A stretch of DNA of 64,000 nucleotides from Candidatus Poribacteria bacterium. GTDB lineage: Bacteria; Poribacteria; WGA-4E; WGA-3G. Positions 59,025-64,000 of this stretch are shown in pieces. Numbering within the stretch: position 1 is the stretch's first letter; each line of letters begins with the position of its first letter. The notes under the pieces are model-generated. The model worked only from the letters and a program-made list of their open reading frames with translations, did not search any database and had not been told where the DNA came from. A program made the translations under genes and the position numbers. The stretch lies in contig CBDANF010000002.1 of the NCBI GenBank assembly GCA_965197475.1, positions 352,001 to 416,000 on the forward strand, read 5' to 3'.

Positions 59025-59901
59025 CTCATACTTTCATTGACAAACTTATCAAAGATGCTGTCAACGCTCCTATAGTTATACTTATAGCACGCTTCCGCCA
59101 CATATAGCGGTGTGTATCCTGTCTGATAGTGGTGATGACTTCCATACCAAGCGCGTTTGAGAAGCGACCAGAAGCCCTCAATCGTGTTCGTATGGACATC
59201 ACCCTCAGCAAACTGCACCTTGTGGTTGATAACAGCGTGCTTCATTTCTTTCCCAATAGCGTTGTAAGCCTGATATTCATCGGTTATTAGTTCCGATTTT
59301 TTAGGTTTACAGCACTCCGAATAAACTCAAGGATAGTGCGTCCTGTGAGGTTGTGTGCCACTTGTGCGACAACCCTACCTCCACGCTGCACTGCTCCTAT
59401 TATAGCAGTTTTTTCAGTGCCTCTGCCACGTTTATGTGGTTCATCATCTTCACGTTTGTTCTTTTTACGAGGTTTACCGCCAATATAGGTCTCATCTGCT
59501 TCAATGATACCTTGTAGTAAAGCCCCGCCTTTCTTCGCCATTTCAGCACGGATACGAGTCATTATAAACCATGCTGTCTTTTGATTCAAGTCTAAATCGC
59601 GCGCAAGTTGATGACTTGACAAACTTTTCTTCGCATTCGTTATCAACGAAATAGCTAAAAACCACTTCTGTAACACTACCTTTGTCCCGTGAAACACCGA
59701 CCTGCACGTCACCTTGAAACTCACTTGGCACTCGTGGCAGTTCCAACGACCGATACGACCGATCTTTGTCTCCTCACGCCTGCCCACATGACCGCTTTCA
59801 CAATGCGGACACACAGGTTTACCTCGCCAACGAATCTTCTCTAAATGCGAAATACAACTCTCTTGATCCGGGAAACGTTCCATCACCTTCAACAAATCCA
59901 T
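59021..59901 (-). pseudogene. IS1595 (ISXO2-like) transposase, frameshifted at 59297-59302
   Basis: Zn ribbon CPHC...CHEC, EADETYIGGK; one added A gives ELITDEY...HAVINH...HTNTIEGFWSLLKR. Confidence 0.9.
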
Positions 59902-59924
59902 CAGATAACTCCTTGAAATAGGAG

Positions 59925-60028
59925 TTGCTTTTTCTGACGGACTTCTGATACAATATCAGATAAGATTAAACCTTCAGAAAGCAACTCTGCTTTTTGGGTT
60001 AATTGGGAGGCTACAACCTCCCTTTTTT
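59925..60028 (+). ncRNA. Predicted antisense sRNA to the transposase leader (promoter plus terminator)
   Basis: TTGCTT-18 bp-TACAAT with TG extension (59925-59954); terminator gggagg-ctacaa-cctccc + T6 (60005-60028). Confidence 0.55.
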
Positions 60029-60037
60029 CTTATCTAT

Positions 60038-60066
60038 ATTATACCATATAAACCCAGTGGACACAA
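60038..60066 (-). promoter_or_regulatory. Transposase promoter
   Basis: Minus strand TTGTGT-17 bp-TATAAT with TG extension. Confidence 0.6.
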
Positions 60067-60695
60067 GGCTTTATAGCGATTTTTAAAATTTTTTATCAAG
60101 TCCAAAACTACTCATTGCGAAAAGTATAGTGAAAAGACAAACGACTGTCAAGAATAATCAGAAGCACCGCTATGCCAAAATGGGTGTCAAGTTTTTGGAA
60201 AAGTCTGTCTACCCTCATTGTAGGAAATTGCCAGAATTATCTCAGGGCTATTTAGTTTTCGATTTTTCTTGTAGTATTTATCACAAATGTTATTTTTTAT
60301 ACGATATGCAGATGTAGCACGACACGTAGCAGGTTTATAAGGTTTTGGCGAAAATTCGCACACCTCTTTATATGGCAAGATCAACGCTTCATTACCCGTC
60401 CTACAGTAGAAGAACACAACGCACACTTCTTAAATTGAGACCTAAATGACATAATTTCACACATAAGTCATTTGGCCATTTAAGACAAATCTGTTCAGTT
60501 TTCGGAAAATACCTTGATAGATGTGCTGGTTTATCCCATGTATGGCGTGAAAAGTTGGGCTATACATAGGTTGACACAGCACTGTAAGTAACCAATTTCA
60601 CAAAACAAACGTTAATAGTAGTAGATAAGCAGGATTCCAGCGTTTTTGAACATGGAAAGCTGGAAGTTAACGGTTTTAGAAAATTCAAGCGGACC

Positions 60696-60724
60696 TTGAC
60701 AATGCTTGAAATATGTAGTATCAT
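60696..60724 (+). promoter_or_regulatory. Candidate promoter upstream of HU gene
   Basis: TTGACA-17 bp-TATCAT. Confidence 0.5.
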
Positions 60725-60915
60725 TATAATCAGAACTATATTACGTTAAGTTTTTATTGACACATTTATATGTGTTTAGTTTAACTGAATGTTGAATAGT
60801 TCTATCAAATTATTTGTCAGTCCGATGTGAAAACTCTCATTTTGTGATTCCAAATCCAGCATGTGAGTTTTGCGTGGCTGAATCAACATTAATTATTTAA
60901 AAGGAAGTTTGAATC

Positions 60916-61200
60916 ATGGCGAAGAAATTAATGAAGGACGACATCATCAATAGCGTCGTAAAAGAAACAGGCCTCACCAAAAAAGATGCGGGTGCTGCCG
61001 TTGAAGCATTTACGAAAACTGTTGAAAGTGCTTTGAAGAAAGGCAATTCAATTGGACTCATCGGCTTTGGAACGTTTGAAGTCAGAACCCGTGCCGCCCG
61101 GGAAGGTCGGAATCCGCAAACCGGCGCACCGCTCAAGATTCCTAAGAAAAAGGTTCCCGCATTCAAAGCTGGTAAAAAACTTAAAGACGCTGTCTCCTAA
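60916..61200 (+). CDS. hup: DNA-binding protein HU
   Basis: [32 protein letters not shown]. Confidence 0.96.
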   Translation: MAKKLMKDDIINSVVKETGLTKKDAGAAVEAFTKTVESALKKGNSIGLIGFGTFEVRTRAAREGRNPQTGAPLKIPKKKVPAFKAGKKLKDAVS

Positions 61201-61507
61201 GCGCAATCACTCGACTAACATTAGAAAAAGTCGTGAGATACGCCTCGTTTCTGAGGATGTATTTTTATGACTTTTTCTTTTTTTATAGAACAAAATTTGC
61301 CTTCCAACAATTCTCCAATTTCTGCTCATCCGTGATAAGACTTGTCCTATATTTACAGTCTTCAAATTCTCCAGAAAATTAATTGGAAAATCCTTTAACA
61401 CTATGTTATTATAGAGGATATGTGACTCTATTTTTCTGTAACTGACTACTCAGTAATATCTTAGAGCCAAGGCAGGTTGATGGTTAAGAGTCAATTTCGG
61501 GAGAACT

Positions 61508-62560
61508 GTGATGTTAATAAGAACTAGGGCACCTGTCCGTATTGATTTTGCTGGTGGTTGGAGCGATGTCGCTCTTTTCACGGAAGAATCCAAAGGGCTT
61601 GTTGTCAACGGAGCAATAAATCGTTACGCCTACGCAACGCTTGTTTGTGAAAGCCAAACGCAATTCCCCGACTCCGTTGAACTTCAACGTGTCTTGGACA
61701 AAAAGATCCGTATCTATTCTGCCGATTTTGATACATTTGTGGAGGCTGAAGATATAAGGCAACTTGAATATGATGGTAATATTGACCTTATTAAAGCAGC
61801 TGTCCGTCAGATGTCGATCCAAATCGGAGGCTTTGATCTAATTACGCAGTCAAACGCGCCGCCAGGAAGTGGTCTTGGCACTTCCGCAGCAATGGGTGTG
61901 ACGTTAATTGGTGTGCTGGGTGCGCTTAAAGATGTAACGTATCTTCCATATCAGTACGCTGAACTTGCCAGCAGTATTGAACGCTATGAACTCGGTATCC
62001 TTGGTGGAAAGCAGGACCATTACGCGAGTGCTGTTGGTGGTATTAGTTTTATGGAATTTCAGGGAGAAGAGGTAAAGACATCGTCTTTGAAACTGCCTCC
62101 ACACATCCGCTATGAACTGGAAAAAAACCTTGTGCTTTGCTATACCGGACAATCGCGTCTATCAGGCAATATCCATCAGAATGTCACACAGGCGTATAAA
62201 AGTGGCGAACCGGGTGTTAGGAAAGCTTTAGAGAACCTAAAAGCAATCGCAGAAGCCACTAAAACTGCCCTAATTCGTGGGCGTTTAACAGATTTCGGTG
62301 AACTCTTAACTGAAAATTGGCAAAATCAGAAAAAACTACATTCATCTGTAACAAATGAACAGATTGATAAGCTTTTTAACATAGCAAAAGATCACGGGGC
62401 AATTGGCGGAAAAGCGTGTGGCGCAGGCGGCGGCGGCTGTCTTCTCTTCTACTGCCAACCGACACAAGAGCACAGCGTTCGACAAAAACTTGAAGAAGCA
62501 GGCACTCGAATTATTGACTTCAACTTTGATTTTGAAGGCCTTCAAATTTGGAAAGCCTAA
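61508..62560 (+). CDS. GHMP kinase (HddA-like heptose-7-phosphate kinase)
   Basis: APVRIDFAGGWSD, PPGSGLGTS, GGKQDHY, GAGGGG. Confidence 0.88.
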   Translation: MMLIRTRAPVRIDFAGGWSDVALFTEESKGLVVNGAINRYAYATLVCESQTQFPDSVELQRVLDKKIRIYSADFDTFVEAEDIRQLEYDGNIDLIKAAVRQMSIQIGGFDLITQSNAPPGSGLGTSAAMGVTLIGVLGALKDVTYLPYQYAELASSIERYELGILGGKQDHYASAVGGISFMEFQGEEVKTSSLKLPPHIRYELEKNLVLCYTGQSRLSGNIHQNVTQAYKSGEPGVRKALENLKAIAEATKTALIRGRLTDFGELLTENWQNQKKLHSSVTNEQIDKLFNIAKDHGAIGGKACGAGGGGCLLFYCQPTQEHSVRQKLEEAGTRIIDFNFDFEGLQIWKA

Positions 62561-62690
62561 TAGTTAAACAGAATTTCCAGAATCCATTCCTGCCTGCTAA
62601 ATGATTTGGCACACTCCGTGTGCTGTTTTCTATTACAATCAATTTCATAAACGTAAGAAAAATCCTCAATATACTACGGAAGGAAAATTC

Positions 62691-63704
62691 ATGGAAACTA
62701 CCCATATCGAAACCGATTTGGAAGCCGCAGAGTTCTTAAAAACCGCACGTGAAAACATTTTGGCTGAACTGAAAAAGCGAATCGTCGGTCAAAGCGATGT
62801 TATTGACCAACTTCTCATTGCCCTATTTTCACAGGGACACTGCCTACTCGTAGGCGTGCCGGGGTTAGCGAAAACGTTACTGATCAGTACCTTTGCTCAA
62901 ATTCTTAAACTCCCATACAAACGCATTCAATTTACACCGGACCTGATGCCTTCGGATATTATCGGGACGGATATTATTGAAGAAGAAGTGAATACTGGGA
63001 AACGCGCATTTCGTTTTATCAAGGGACCCGTTTTCGCTAACATTGTCCTTGCTGATGAAATTAACCGAACGCCTCCGAAAACACAGGCAGCTCTCTTACA
63101 AGCGATGCAGGAGTACAAAGTAACGGCGGGCGGTAATACTTATGCATTGGAACTACCCTTTTTTGTGTTAGCCACACAGAACCCAATTGAGCAGGAAGGC
63201 ACCTACCCGCTCCCTGAAGCACAACTTGACCGCTTCATGTTCAATATCTACATTGATTATCCGGATAAAGCTGAAGAGAAAGAAATTGTGATGACGACTA
63301 CCTCTGCTTATGAACCTAACATAGAACCGGTTATCACAGGTGAAGAGGTTTTGAGGTTACAACAGATTGTCCGAAAGGTGCCGATTGCCGAGGCGATGGT
63401 AGATTACGCCGTTGAATTGAGCATTAATACACGCCCGACACAGCCTGATGCTCCTGATTTTATTAAAGATTGGGTCAATTGGGGTGCGGGACCGCGCGCA
63501 TCACAATATCTTGTTTTAGGGGCAAAGGCGCGTGCGATTATGCATGGCCGTTATCATGTCAGTTATGAGGACATCAAGGCAGTAGCAAAACCTGTCCTGC
63601 GCCACAGAATCTTGACGAACTTTAATGCTGAAGCGGATGGAATTTCAAGTCTTGATATTATCTCGCAGTTATTGGAAAAAGTGGAACCACCGGAGGTAAA
63701 TTGA
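62691..63704 (+). CDS. MoxR family AAA+ ATPase
   Basis: GVPGLAKT, RIQFTPDLMPSD, DEINR, ATQNPIEQEGTYPLPEAQLDRF. Confidence 0.95.
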   Translation: METTHIETDLEAAEFLKTARENILAELKKRIVGQSDVIDQLLIALFSQGHCLLVGVPGLAKTLLISTFAQILKLPYKRIQFTPDLMPSDIIGTDIIEEEVNTGKRAFRFIKGPVFANIVLADEINRTPPKTQAALLQAMQEYKVTAGGNTYALELPFFVLATQNPIEQEGTYPLPEAQLDRFMFNIYIDYPDKAEEKEIVMTTTSAYEPNIEPVITGEEVLRLQQIVRKVPIAEAMVDYAVELSINTRPTQPDAPDFIKDWVNWGAGPRASQYLVLGAKARAIMHGRYHVSYEDIKAVAKPVLRHRILTNFNAEADGISSLDIISQLLEKVEPPEVN

Positions 63705-63769
63705 GTTCTTACTTCATATTGTTGTGGTTTTAGAAAAAAGGTTCAAATTAGGAGGTTTAATACACTACG

Positions 63770-64000
63770 ATGAATGCCAAAGATACTTCCAACCCGCAGG
63801 ACCAAGACCTTTTTAGAATGGACAAGAACACACTTTCTGTCACAACGCTTTTTGAAAAATCGGACAACAAGGAATATTGGCTTTCCAAAACACCACAGGA
63901 CCGTTTGGAGGCAGTCGAATTGATGCGGCAGATCAACTATGGCTACAATCCAGTTAACGCCCGACTTCAAAGAGTTCTTGAAATTGCTGAATTCACATCA
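63770..64000 (+). CDS. Small protein, possible antitoxin-like partner (runs off the window)
   Basis: Open to the edge: ...EYWLSKTPQDRLEAVELMRQINYGY...RLQRVLEI; GGAGG upstream. Confidence 0.6.
   Translation, partial: MNAKDTSNPQDQDLFRMDKNTLSVTTLFEKSDNKEYWLSKTPQDRLEAVELMRQINYGYNPVNARLQRVLEIAEFTS
63939..64000 (+). CDS. Start of a probable nucleotidyltransferase-family protein (partial)
   Basis: MATIQLTPDFKEFLKLLNSH resembles the N-terminus of a DUF6036-like NTase; only 20 codons visible. Confidence 0.45.
   Translation, partial: MATIQLTPDFKEFLKLLNSH

Larger units (their letters stand above)
57822..60119. mobile_element. IS1595-family element with passenger genes (2298 bp)
   Basis: Perfect 28-bp inverted repeats cgcaatgagtagttttggacttgataaa; encloses a transposase and three other ORFs. 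Confidence 0.92.

Noticed and set aside
60120-60900. Small ORFs or an RNA gene in the long region upstream of hup
   Set aside because: AT-rich with promoter-like boxes only; no convincing coding signal or stable fold by eye
137-63970. Numerous 60-160 aa ORFs antisense to or overlapping assigned genes
   Set aside because: Shadow frames of well-supported genes with no independent motifs

Overview
Bacterial chromosomal window, moderately AT-rich. The gene content suggests Candidatus Poribacteria (inference from tandem WD40 paralogues, PhyH dioxygenases, a DUF6785-type membrane protein and TPR proteins). The housekeeping core is acnA, ffh-rpsP-khpA-trmD-rplS-rnhB-yraN, cydAB, HU and MoxR, plus ABC, SSS and TRAP transporters. 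Main observations: (1) Two 'hypothetical' ORFs between trmD and rplS are one reading frame across a single UGA. They encode a homologue of animal selenoprotein N (SELENON) with the SCU motif and a bacterial SECIS-like hairpin. (2) A 2.3-kb IS1595-family element with perfect 28-bp inverted repeats carries passenger genes, a fully tiled pseudoknotted RNA upstream of a DUF805 gene, and a predicted antisense-RNA switch over its transposase leader. (3) A cassette bracketed by two MITE copies encodes a secreted Cys/His-rich metalloprotease, a TPR protein and a GspC-like protein. (4) At least five MITE families carry or target GTAG-type REP hairpins, and two of them cleanly interrupt genes. (5) Several homopolymer frameshifts and two nonsense codons could be decay or sequencing error. 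All assignments are by eye; no database searches were run.
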